IMG/VR virus record: IMGVR_UViG_3300005512_000040
Location: 1 to 57,231 of that record
Strand: one strand, 5' to 3'
From: a virus
Taxonomy: Duplodnaviria; Caudoviricetes
DNA length: 57,231 bases
The position numbers and the translations under genes were made by a program. This document shows, piece after piece, positions 1-8,042 of the stretch. The notes beneath the pieces are model-generated. The model was given only the letters and a program-made list of their open reading frames with translations, was not told where the DNA came from and searched no databases. Numbering within the stretch: the first letter of the stretch is position 1; the number at the start of each line of letters is the position of its first letter.

Positions 1-111
1 CGAACCCGACGAGGACGAACGGTGCGACCAGTGCGGGCAGACAAGCGGCTGCCTGCTGAACGGGCTGTGCCCGATGTGCTACGAGACTGGCGGAGGCGTT
101 TTGCATCGTCG

Positions 112-248
112 GTCCAACGTGAAAGGTGACGGTCGATGAAAAGATGGATGTGCAACGAGTGCAACTCAATCAATGACGGACAGACAATGTGTTGGCGGTG
201 CGGGGCAAAGTCGCCCTTTTCATCGTACCGTCCACCGCCTTGTTCTGC
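112..248 (-). repeat. Long attC-like site (137 bp) containing the start of the next gene
   Basis: GTCCAAC-GTGAAA-GGTGACGGT-CGATGAAAAG...CTTTTCATCG-T-ACCGTCCACC-GCCTT-GTTCTGC; extra base in the right arm. Confidence 0.85.
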
Positions 249-456
249 CTGGGAGGTCGATTACGACATGTTCGAGCGTGACGACTACACCAAGAAGGAC
301 AAGATCGCGCAACGCCTGAACGACGGCTGGCTCGAAATGGGGATGCTGCCCTGGGTCGTAGAGGGCAAACACGCCGGGTTCCATGTATGGTGGAAGAGGC
401 AGAACGATCAAGCTCACGCTTCCCGCGTGAGCGGCGGCGAACGGGGGATAGCGTGA
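136..456 (+). CDS. Cassette protein with N-terminal Zn-ribbon (CxxC...CxxC)
   Basis: ORF starts inside the attC at 112 and ends inside the attC at 399. Confidence 0.7.
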   Translation: MKRWMCNECNSINDGQTMCWRCGAKSPFSSYRPPPCSAWEVDYDMFERDDYTKKDKIAQRLNDGWLEMGMLPWVVEGKHAGFHVWWKRQNDQAHASRVSGGERGIA

Positions 457-471
457 AGCGCCTGGTTCGAT
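399..471 (-). repeat. attC-like site (73 bp)
   Basis: GCAGAAC-GATCAA-GCTCACGCT...AGCGTGAAGC-GCCTG-GTTCGAT. Confidence 0.85.
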
Positions 472-763
472 GGCTGGCAGCACCGATCCCGTTTGTGGGC
501 GAGTACGGCCAGAACGAACGTGCGCCACGGTGGACGTTGCTGCTGGACGTGCATCTCGCCGGACACGCATGGAGGTACAAGGCATGAGTAAGGCCGAGTT
601 CACCGCGTTGCTGGTCGAGTTCACGGCAACGCATCACTGCTCCCGCAACTGGCTTGAAACGGTTGTGGAGTGGATTCGTACATCGAACAAATAGCTCACG
701 AGTTCACGGGCGCGCACGCGTCCATATAGGCGACAACAACGCAACAACACAGCAGGAGGGAAC

Positions 764-1078
764 ATGAGCGAAGACAAACAGTTCATCGGAAAGGTTGAGC
801 AGAGGGACACCAAGTTCGGACCCATCATCAAGGTCGGGTTAGGGCCGCGTGACTTCGCGCAACTCGACGCACTGAGGGAGGCCAGCAAGAGCGGATGGGT
901 CAACCTGGAGTTCAAGTCCGGCAAGAGCGGCAAGTGGTACGGCGAGGTAGACACTTGGGAGCCGAACAGCGTCGGACATCAGGCACAGCAACCGGCACCG
1001 CAGCAGCCGGACCCGCACGGGCAGGGCGGCGACGTGGGCGGTGGTCCAGTAACAGACGACGATAATCTGCCGCTCTGA
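764..1078 (+). CDS. Small protein with acidic C-terminal tail, possible phage SSB
   Basis: AGGAGG RBS; Gln/Gly linker ending DDDNLPL, like an SSB tail. Confidence 0.55.
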   Translation: MSEDKQFIGKVEQRDTKFGPIIKVGLGPRDFAQLDALREASKSGWVNLEFKSGKSGKWYGEVDTWEPNSVGHQAQQPAPQQPDPHGQGGDVGGGPVTDDDNLPL

Positions 1079-1094
1079 CACAACCGGCAGCAAC

Positions 1095-1129
1095 CCGCCC
1101 GTTGCGCGGTATAACGGCGCAACGGGCGG
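1095..1129. terminator. Perfect 13-bp stem hairpin
   Basis: CCGCCCGTTGCGC-ggtataacg-GCGCAACGGGCGG; intergenic, no U-tract. Confidence 0.45.
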
Positions 1130-1141
1130 ACGGAGGGTGGT

Positions 1142-1471
1142 ATGAATACCAACGCACTACACCAGCACTTCGACGCCTTCTACGAGGCTGACGGACAGCA
1201 GGACAAGGGCAGGCGGCATGACATGCTACAGGCATTCACGGCAGGCGCGGCGGCACAGGCTACAGACGCGCCCCTCGTGGACTTTGAAGCAATCGACAGA
1301 GACGAGATTGACCGGACGTGCTGCGGCAAGGCAATCGACCAGCACTACGAAGAGAACGTGACGCACGAGCCGTTCATTGCACTCGGCACGACGGTCGAGT
1401 GTGGCCGGTGCTTCTCTGAGTGGACGCTGGTGAGTTTGAGGGGCAGCGCGCAGTGGAGGCGGACGGGATAG
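1142..1471 (+). CDS. Hypothetical protein (Cys motifs)
   Basis: ORF with GGAGG RBS. Confidence 0.6.
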   Translation: MNTNALHQHFDAFYEADGQQDKGRRHDMLQAFTAGAAAQATDAPLVDFEAIDRDEIDRTCCGKAIDQHYEENVTHEPFIALGTTVECGRCFSEWTLVSLRGSAQWRRTG

Positions 1472-1475
1472 ACGC

Positions 1476-1504
1476 TTGACTTGCCAGCGGGATGGTGGTA
1501 GGGT
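1476..1504 (+). promoter_or_regulatory. Sigma70-like promoter of the replication operon
   Basis: TTGACT-N17-TAGGGT in the intergenic gap. Confidence 0.45.
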
Positions 1505-1683
1505 AGGTGCAGAATGAAGTTGGACCATGACAATGCAGTATTCAAACGCAACTAAAATCTGGCCCCAGTGCGCCCACGTCCGATCGACTGCTTGTCGTCT
1601 GACTTCATTCTATGGGTTGCACTGGGGCCGCTTTATATCGTCTGCGTTTGGAGGGGCGCGGGCGGACGAAAGGAAGGCCCAAC

Positions 1684-2232
1684 ATGGGTAGTCGAAAAGC
1701 AATCAGCAAACGGCTGCGGTTCGAGATATTCGACCGCGACAACTTCACTTGTCAGTATTGCGGCAAGCAACCGCCAGAGGTCAAGCTGCACGTTGACCAC
1801 ATTGTTCCCGTTTCAAAGGACGGGACAGATGACCCCGAAAACCTGAGAACGTCATGCGCCGAATGCAACATGGGAAAGTCTGCCAGGTCGCTAGGAAAGC
1901 GAGGAAACGACAGGGACGAGGCAAGGCGAGCACAGGAAGCACTAGAGGCCGTTGATGCAGCAAAGGACTTTGCAAAGGCAGCCAAAGCAAGGGACAAGCT
2001 GCGCGACATGGCATGCAACCAGATTTGCTCAATAACTGGAGACAAGTCGTGCAGCAAAGCCTCCATAACCGGAGTATGTCGTGCGGTGATAGAGTTCGAT
2101 GCAGAGCGAGTGCTTGCATGGTTGGACCAAGCCGGACACAAGGTTGGTCAGGGGTATCCCCCAAACGAGTACGACATGATGCGCTACTTCTACGGCATTC
2201 TGCGTCACGTTCGCGAGGACGGCAATGAATAA
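1684..2232 (+). CDS. HNH endonuclease
   Basis: LRFEIFDRDNFTCQYCG...LHVDHIVP...GTDDPENLRTSCAECNMGK. Confidence 0.9.
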   Translation: MGSRKAISKRLRFEIFDRDNFTCQYCGKQPPEVKLHVDHIVPVSKDGTDDPENLRTSCAECNMGKSARSLGKRGNDRDEARRAQEALEAVDAAKDFAKAAKARDKLRDMACNQICSITGDKSCSKASITGVCRAVIEFDAERVLAWLDQAGHKVGQGYPPNEYDMMRYFYGILRHVREDGNE

Positions 2233-3079
2233 CGCACCAGCATACCAGATGTACGCCGGAGACTGGATAAAGCACCGCAGCGTTAGGCTGATGGAAGACT
2301 ATCAGCGCGGGTGGTATATCCAACTGCTAAACGAGGCGTGGGACGGCTCCCCTCAGTGCATGCTGCCCAACAACGACGCCATGCTTCAAAAGCTGGCTTG
2401 CGTTTCTGAATTGGCTCGCAGTCAACGGGACTTCAACGACCGTTGGAAAGCCGTTAGAAGCATGTTCAACGTGGACGGAGAATACGTCTACAACGAGCGT
2501 CAACTTGAAGAACTTGCGGGCCAAAAGCAACGAAGGCAAGCAGCCATAAAAGCAGGTAACGCAAGTGCAAAAGCGCGCGAGAAGAAGAGGAAGGAGTTGC
2601 AACTGCTTAAGCGCAAACACCTTAACGACGGCAACGGTCGTTCAACGGACGCTCAACGAGAAGGCAACGAGAAGCCAACACTTCAGTCTTCTACTGCACC
2701 TTCTTCTTCTGGCTACACTTCTCCCCCCATACCCCCCAAGGGGGGCCAGCAGAAGAAACGCAAGAAGCGCCTCACGGTAGCAGAGAAGAAGCGTATGAAG
2801 GTCGAGGTCAATAGCGACACCATGCGGCGGATAGGTCGCTGGTTTGGTCGCAATCCTGATACGCTATGGTCAAGATATGAAGCCGAGGCACTTGACCAGC
2901 TATCGCCAATCGACCCGTCAGAGCTTGACCTGTTGGAGTCGTACTACATGCCAGCAGACGGCAACAAGGAGTACCGGCGCAAGGACGTGGGCACTCTTCT
3001 CAACAACTGGACAGGAGAACTTGACCGCGCTAGCGCATGGACGCCAGCAAGGTCGATGAACCACGAGGACAGGCTATGA
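2225..3079 (+). CDS. DUF1376/YdaU-like replication protein
   Basis: PAYQMYAGDW...RGWYIQLLNEAW N-terminus; directly upstream of primase-helicase. Confidence 0.7.
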   Translation: MNNAPAYQMYAGDWIKHRSVRLMEDYQRGWYIQLLNEAWDGSPQCMLPNNDAMLQKLACVSELARSQRDFNDRWKAVRSMFNVDGEYVYNERQLEELAGQKQRRQAAIKAGNASAKAREKKRKELQLLKRKHLNDGNGRSTDAQREGNEKPTLQSSTAPSSSGYTSPPIPPKGGQQKKRKKRLTVAEKKRMKVEVNSDTMRRIGRWFGRNPDTLWSRYEAEALDQLSPIDPSELDLLESYYMPADGNKEYRRKDVGTLLNNWTGELDRASAWTPARSMNHEDRL

Positions 3080-4689
3080 CCCGCGACGAGATTCTACAGG
3101 CCAACCCAATCCTGCCGTTCGTTGAAGCGCGCGGCGTCAAACTCAAGCGCACCGGCTCGTCACTCATGGCGTTGTGTCCGTTCCATGCCGACAAGAACCC
3201 CAGCATGTCAATCCAAGAGGACAAGGGACGCTGGAAGTGCTTTGCTTGCGGCAAGGGCGGCACCGTGATTGACTGGCTCATGCATGAGAAGGGGCTATCG
3301 GTCAAGGACGCCATGACGGAGCTTGGCGGCACGGAACCGGAGGCGGAAACGTACCGACTGACCGACACGTACCACTATCAGGACGCATACGGTCGGGCGC
3401 TATACCACGTTGACCGCAAGGACTCCAACTGGAACCGCAAGAAGTTCGGACAGTGGCGCGAGAACTCCAGCGGCAAGCGCGTCAACTCGCTTGACGGCGT
3501 GACTAGGGTGCTGTACCGCTTGCCGGAAGTGCTGGCGTCAGACGAGGTATGGCTGGTCGAGGGCGAGAAGTGCGTACACGCGGCAGAGGACGCGGGGTGG
3601 GTTGCAACGACGAACTGCGGAGGTTCCGGCGGGTGGCTGGACGGGTACGCCGAATCGTTGGAAGGCAAGCATGTTGTCGTGTGTCCAGACAACGACAAAC
3701 CAGGGCAGAAGTGGCGCGATGCCGTATTGAAGTCGCTAGAGGGCCGCGTGGCGTCCGTCAGGGCACTAAGTGCGCCCGAGCCATACAACGACATAGCCGA
3801 CATACCAGAGGCGCGCAGAGCACCGCTGATGCTTGAGGCGTACAACGCGGCTGCGAGAGTTGACCGTGGCGTATCGTTGGCAATATACAGCGCGTCCGAA
3901 ATCATGGAACAGTACCAGTCGCAAGTGAAGCTCATGCGTACTCGCGGCCTCAATCTGCGCAACTGGTTGCCGTCGATTGAGTCGCGTCCGCTGGTTCCTG
4001 GCGACCTCGTGACGATTCTTGCAGATACAGGCGTGGGAAAGTCAGCAGCGTTGCAGAACATAGCCGTGTGTACGCCGGATCTGCCTACTCTGTTCTTCGA
4101 GATTGAGTTACCTGGTGCGCAGATGGGCGAGCGATTCAGCGCCATGACATTGCGGCGTGATGCTTGGGACGTCGAAAAGGCTGTAGAGCGCGGCGAGAAA
4201 ATTGACACTAGCGGCTGGGAGCACGTCTATATCTGTCCGAAAAGCAAGATGAGCGTTGAGGACATATCGCACTACATCGAGCGCGCTGAGTTGAAGATGG
4301 GCGAACGTCCTGCCGTCGTGATGATTGACTACATCGGGCTTGTGAAGTCCAGCGGTAGCAGGTACGAACGGTTGAGCAATGTAGCGGAAGGGTTGAAAGA
4401 CCTTGCCAAGAGTGCCAACGTGGTGCTATTGGTTGCGTCACAGGTACACAGGAAGGAAGGCGGCGACAACAAGGTACACTTACACGACGCCAAAGACAGC
4501 GGCAGCATCGAGAATAGCAGCCAGCTTGTCTTGGGAATGTGGAAGGAATCACCGGAAGAGTTGTACGTGAGAGTACTCAAGGACACGAAGGGGCGCGGGG
4601 GAAGTCCAATCAAGTGCATGTATCGCGGCTCGCAACTTTTCATACGAGAGCAAGTGCCCGACTACGGCGCGGACGCGGACGGGCTGTAG
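3076..4689 (+). CDS. Primase-helicase (CHC2 Zn finger + TOPRIM + SF4 helicase)
   Basis: CPFH..KNPS...CFAC; LVEGEK; PDNDKPG; Walker A ADTGVGKS; VMIDYIG; KDSGSIE. Confidence 0.92.
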   Translation: MTRDEILQANPILPFVEARGVKLKRTGSSLMALCPFHADKNPSMSIQEDKGRWKCFACGKGGTVIDWLMHEKGLSVKDAMTELGGTEPEAETYRLTDTYHYQDAYGRALYHVDRKDSNWNRKKFGQWRENSSGKRVNSLDGVTRVLYRLPEVLASDEVWLVEGEKCVHAAEDAGWVATTNCGGSGGWLDGYAESLEGKHVVVCPDNDKPGQKWRDAVLKSLEGRVASVRALSAPEPYNDIADIPEARRAPLMLEAYNAAARVDRGVSLAIYSASEIMEQYQSQVKLMRTRGLNLRNWLPSIESRPLVPGDLVTILADTGVGKSAALQNIAVCTPDLPTLFFEIELPGAQMGERFSAMTLRRDAWDVEKAVERGEKIDTSGWEHVYICPKSKMSVEDISHYIERAELKMGERPAVVMIDYIGLVKSSGSRYERLSNVAEGLKDLAKSANVVLLVASQVHRKEGGDNKVHLHDAKDSGSIENSSQLVLGMWKESPEELYVRVLKDTKGRGGSPIKCMYRGSQLFIREQVPDYGADADGL

Positions 4690-4716
4690 CGGCGGCGAAC
4701 GAGCGGAGGGCGGAGA

Positions 4717-4974
4717 ATGAGCAAGCGCAAACCAAAACCAGGCGACGTGGTGCGCGTCGAGTTCCGCGACCACGCGCAGGAGATGGACGGCACGATTGAG
4801 TGCGTGGCGTGGGGTCGTATGGTCGAGCCTGTCAATGCTGGCGACGTTCGTGTGCGCGTGTGGGAGTCGCGCTGCAATCCGCCGAAGCACGACGACGCGA
4901 ACCACACGCACTTTGACCTTGCATCCGGCGCGATAAAGAGTATAACGGCGATAGAACAGGAGGGCGGGAGATGA
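4717..4974 (+). CDS. Hypothetical protein
   Basis: ORF with RBS, in operon. Confidence 0.6.
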   Translation: MSKRKPKPGDVVRVEFRDHAQEMDGTIECVAWGRMVEPVNAGDVRVRVWESRCNPPKHDDANHTHFDLASGAIKSITAIEQEGGR

Positions 4975-5087
4975 GCAAATCGAAGGACAGCGGAGTATTG
5001 GCGTGGCACTTCACGGGACGATTGCGAAGGGTACTTCTGCTGGGAGCACCTTGTAATGACCGAGGTGGGTCAGCGGTGCCAGAGTTG

Positions 5088-5148
5088 CGCCAACGCCGGG
5101 GGTGTGCCTCGGCGCGGTAGCGACGTAGGCACCAGCCCTTTGTTGGGC
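5088..5148 (-). repeat. attC-like site (61 bp)
   Basis: CGCCAAC-GCCGGG-GGTGTGCCT...AGGCACCAGC-CCTTT-GTTGGGC; loop homologous to the site at 43847. Confidence 0.85.
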
Positions 5149-5199
5149 TTTTCTGGATCGGAAACAACGCCGGACAATCCGGCAGAAAGGTAGGACAAG

Positions 5200-6018
5200 A
5201 TGAAGGTTACAGAACTGGCGAGTGGAATTGCGCACGACGGGCGCACAAAGGTAGAGCGTTACGAGTGGGATGCGCTGAAGGCGCGATCCAAGCACATGCG
5301 AATCAAGATCGCAGACCTCAACGTCGATGATTACCAGAGGGGGGAGGCGAAGCGCGGATCAACAATCCAAAAGGCAAAACACTGGGACCATGCCGCCGCC
5401 GGTGCTGTTGTCGTCGGCCAGCGTTCCGACGGATCGTTTTGGGTGGTTGACGGATTGCAGCGCACGCTGGCAGAAGCATTGCGGGGCGACATTGATGCCG
5501 TTGACTGCATGGTGTTCCAGTCAGAAGGAACAGAACATGAGGCCAGAGTTTTCCAACTCTGCAACCTCGGAAGAATCCCGGTTGACGCAATACACAAGTT
5601 CCGCGTTGCCGTGAAGGCCGGAGACACTGTTGAATGCGCCGTTCAGAATTGGGTTGTGGCGAACGGTTTGCGGATTGCGGGGGATAAGGGCAAGAATGAG
5701 ATCGGCTTTCCGTCGTACGTCGTTCAGTTCTGGAAGGCAAACACGGATGCGGTCAAGCGCGCGCTGTTGTTTTCCATGCGCGTCGGTGACGGGGAAATGT
5801 GCTCCGAAGTATTCAAGGGCGCATACCTGCTTATCACACGGGGCGTTGATGTTGAAAAATATGAAACCAGCATCATCAAGCGAGGTGGGCACAAGCGATT
5901 ACTGCGCGACATCAACGCCACGGCTATCGAGGCGGGCGTCAGCAAGAACCTTAACGTATGCGCACGCGGCATACTGTCGAGCATCAACTATCGCCGCAAG
6001 TTACGGGTGGAGATTTGA
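5200..6018 (+). CDS. ParB/Srx-like N-terminal domain protein (DUF6551-like), cassette-borne
   Basis: LNVDDYQR...VVVGQRSDGSFWVVDGLQR motif. Confidence 0.7.
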   Translation: MKVTELASGIAHDGRTKVERYEWDALKARSKHMRIKIADLNVDDYQRGEAKRGSTIQKAKHWDHAAAGAVVVGQRSDGSFWVVDGLQRTLAEALRGDIDAVDCMVFQSEGTEHEARVFQLCNLGRIPVDAIHKFRVAVKAGDTVECAVQNWVVANGLRIAGDKGKNEIGFPSYVVQFWKANTDAVKRALLFSMRVGDGEMCSEVFKGAYLLITRGVDVEKYETSIIKRGGHKRLLRDINATAIEAGVSKNLNVCARGILSSINYRRKLRVEI

Positions 6019-6019
6019 A

Positions 6020-6075
6020 GCCCAACGTGCCCGTGAGCGGACCCGAAGGGGTACGCTCCACGGGGCTTGTTGGCA
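6020..6075 (-). repeat. attC-like site (56 bp)
   Basis: GCCCAAC...CGTGAGCG...CGCTCCACG...GTTGGCA. Confidence 0.85.
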
Positions 6076-6093
6076 ATTCTGGAGGCAACAGCA

Positions 6094-6366
6094 ATGGATA
6101 GGCTATACAGCGTAACGATCGAATATCTTGGGATCAAGAAGCAGGACAAGTTCCCGGCGTCCACTATCTGCCTCGGCAAAGACGGTGCATTCCTTGTGAT
6201 GGACGGGCAAGGCGAATCTGTCCGATTCGTTGCCAAGGATTGCAAGGTCGAACAGATCGCCGCGCATGTGATTATTCTGCACGGGTACACCGACAAGCCG
6301 CGACACATCACGGCGTACTGCGTATATGCCAACGCCGAGGGTCAGTTTTCGGCGGAACGACGATAA
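6094..6366 (+). CDS. Cassette hypothetical protein
   Basis: GGAGG RBS; ends inside the attC at 6327. Confidence 0.7.
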   Translation: MDRLYSVTIEYLGIKKQDKFPASTICLGKDGAFLVMDGQGESVRFVAKDCKVEQIAAHVIILHGYTDKPRHITAYCVYANAEGQFSAERR

Positions 6367-6386
6367 ACTGCACCCTTTTGTTGGGT
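6327..6386 (-). repeat. attC-like site (60 bp)
   Basis: TGCCAAC-GCCGAG-GGTCAGTTT...AAACTGCACC-CTTTT-GTTGGGT. Confidence 0.88.
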
Positions 6387-6404
6387 GCGAGATTGGAGGA
6401 CAAC

Positions 6405-6680
6405 ATGAGACTGGATGAAGTTGATAGAGCATGGATGATACGAGGCGCACACCACTTGGCAGCACGGCACCGCAAGCGGCATATCCCGCTGTGGTCATTC
6501 GTTGGGGCAGTGTGCTCCGTGGGCAGCACGTCGGCAACGATGATATGCCGCGAACTCGGATGGGACCCAAACGCGCCTGCGGACAGGGAACTTCCGTCAC
6601 CCAACGCTCCGGGTGAGGGTCGCGGTATTCCGCGTACCCTCGACCCGATTGTTGGCAGTTCTTCGGAGGGCACGGAATGA
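6405..6680 (+). CDS. Cassette hypothetical protein
   Basis: GGAGG RBS; reads through the attC at 6599 and overlaps the MTase start (ATGA). Confidence 0.7.
   Translation: MRLDEVDRAWMIRGAHHLAARHRKRHIPLWSFVGAVCSVGSTSATMICRELGWDPNAPADRELPSPNAPGEGRGIPRTLDPIVGSSSEGTE
6599..6657 (-). repeat. attC-like site (59 bp)
   Basis: ACCCAAC-GCTCCG-GGTGAGGGT...ACCCTCGACC-CGATT-GTTGGCA. Confidence 0.88.
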
Positions 6681-7375
6681 AACCATACTATCAAGATGAC
6701 GCGGTAACGATATACAACGGGGATTGCAGGGAGATTCTTCCGGCTATGACAGGGAATGTTGACATGGTTCTGTCTGACCCTCCCTACTTCGTCCCAGCAA
6801 ACTCCTACACTGGGAAGCGTGGCGAAGGCTATCACCGCAAGATGCTCGGCGACACTTCCATAATGGGTATGGCATTCGAGCTTGTGTTTGCGCACTACGT
6901 TGACCGTCTCGTATCTGACACCGGAACCTACTACGTCTTTTGTGACCCGCAATCATATCCGCATGTTTGGGCGTCTCTCTATCCGCTCTGCCATTCGACC
7001 AGGATGCTGGTATGGGACAAGATGACATCGTTCAACGGGTACACATGGCGCAGACAGTTCGAGTTGATAGCGTGGGCGAGTAAGCCGAACGCGCCGCGAA
7101 TCCCTACCGGGGACGGCGATGTGTTGCGGTGCCGGGCTGTGAAGGTTGGCGACAGGGAACACCCAGCAGAGAAGCCGCACGAACTCTTGCGGCAGTTGAT
7201 CGGCAAGCACGCTCCGACGTTGGTTCTTGACCCGTTCTGCGGGTCTGGCGCGGCGGTGGTTGCGGCCAAGACGTGCGGTGTACGAGCCGTGGGCATAGAG
7301 ATTGAGGAGCGTTACTGCGAACTGGCAGCGCGGCGATGCTCGCAGGAGATGGACTTTCATACTGCCAACACTTGA
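6677..7375 (+). CDS. N4/N6 DNA methyltransferase (beta class), cassette-borne
   Basis: DPPY...HPAEKP...LDPFCGSG. Confidence 0.92.
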   Translation: MKPYYQDDAVTIYNGDCREILPAMTGNVDMVLSDPPYFVPANSYTGKRGEGYHRKMLGDTSIMGMAFELVFAHYVDRLVSDTGTYYVFCDPQSYPHVWASLYPLCHSTRMLVWDKMTSFNGYTWRRQFELIAWASKPNAPRIPTGDGDVLRCRAVKVGDREHPAEKPHELLRQLIGKHAPTLVLDPFCGSGAAVVAAKTCGVRAVGIEIEERYCELAARRCSQEMDFHTANT

Positions 7376-7411
7376 ACTGTGCGGCTCGTCCGCACGAGTG
7401 CTTGGTTGGAA
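7363..7411 (-). repeat. Minimal attC-like site (49 bp)
   Basis: TGCCAAC-ACTTGA-ACTGTGCGG-CTCGT-CCGCACGAGT-GCTTG-GTTGGAA. Confidence 0.85.
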
Positions 7412-7424
7412 ACTGGAGGACAAA

Positions 7425-7610
7425 ATGGACATTGGAGAGATCAGAAACCGAGTGATGCAGATGGAATCCGAGGACGTGCGGAACGAGTTGGCCGCACTGT
7501 GCGACGAATGCGCGAAGACCCGCGTTACGCTCGCCATGCTGATCGGATGGCTACAGCGGGAGTTGGGCGAGCATAACGTCAAGACCCTGTTTGACCAGCT
7601 CGGACAGTGA
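7425..7610 (+). CDS. Cassette hypothetical protein
   Basis: GGAGG RBS; lies between cores at 7405 and 7615. Confidence 0.7.
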   Translation: MDIGEIRNRVMQMESEDVRNELAALCDECAKTRVTLAMLIGWLQRELGEHNVKTLFDQLGQ

Positions 7611-7686
7611 GTGTTTCCAACCCCAAGCACGGCGGCGCTTGCGTCCATTGATGCGGGAGTTGGCGGAGGCAAGAAGTGGACAATTT

Positions 7687-7821
7687 GCACTGGATGGCGT
7701 AAGTGGGAATGAATACCACAAAGGGCAAGCAAGTACAGCGAAACCGAGTCGACCAACGGTGCCTTGTGCAACGCCCCCGCATTGTAGCGGGGAGATGCGG
7801 GTTCAAATCCCGCTCCAGTGC
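7687..7821 (+). ncRNA. tRNA-like element with ~60-nt D-loop insertion and aberrant anticodon loop
   Basis: Acceptor GCACTGGA/TCCAGTGC, D stem GCGT/ACGC, anticodon arm CCCGC-ATTGTA-GCGGG, T arm GCGGG-TTCAAAT-CCCGC. Confidence 0.65.
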
Positions 7822-7836
7822 GCTTTTTGACACACA

Positions 7837-7867
7837 GAAAGGCCCAACCGCAATGGCTGGGCCTTTC
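7837..7867. terminator. Hairpin between convergent units
   Basis: GAAAGGCCCA...TGGGCCTTTC. Confidence 0.6.
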
Positions 7868-8042
7868 GCTTGCCGTACTGCCGCTCCCCAAACCTACTCC
7901 ACGGAACGGTCGTAATTTGCCAGCACCGCCCGCGCCATTTCGACCAGTTCCAGGTCGTCGTCGAATACCAGCGCGTCTGAATCGTCGCACACTCGCACCA
8001 CATCCCGCAATGCCTCTGCCAGTTCGCTCGTTGTTGGTGCCT

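Larger units (their letters stand above)
1..688 (-). mobile_element. Integron-like cassette array 1 (may continue beyond the window start); genes on +, attC polarity on -
   Basis: Two attC-like hairpins. Cores pair GTTCTGC(242)/GCAGAAC(399) and GTTCGAT(465)/ATCGAAC(682). Confidence 0.85.
5088..7621 (-). mobile_element. Integron-like cassette array 2 (5 cassettes); genes on +
   Basis: attC-like sites at 5088, 6020, 6327, 6599 and 7363. All five core pairs are perfect: GTTGGGC/GCCCAAC, GTTGGCA/TGCCAAC, GTTGGGT/ACCCAAC, GTTGGCA/TGCCAAC, GTTGGAA/TTCCAAC(7615). Confidence 0.9.

Noticed and set aside
7615-7665. Additional attC after TTCCAAC
   Set aside because: Only weak pairing, with no clear L boxes or bulge; treated as the array terminus.
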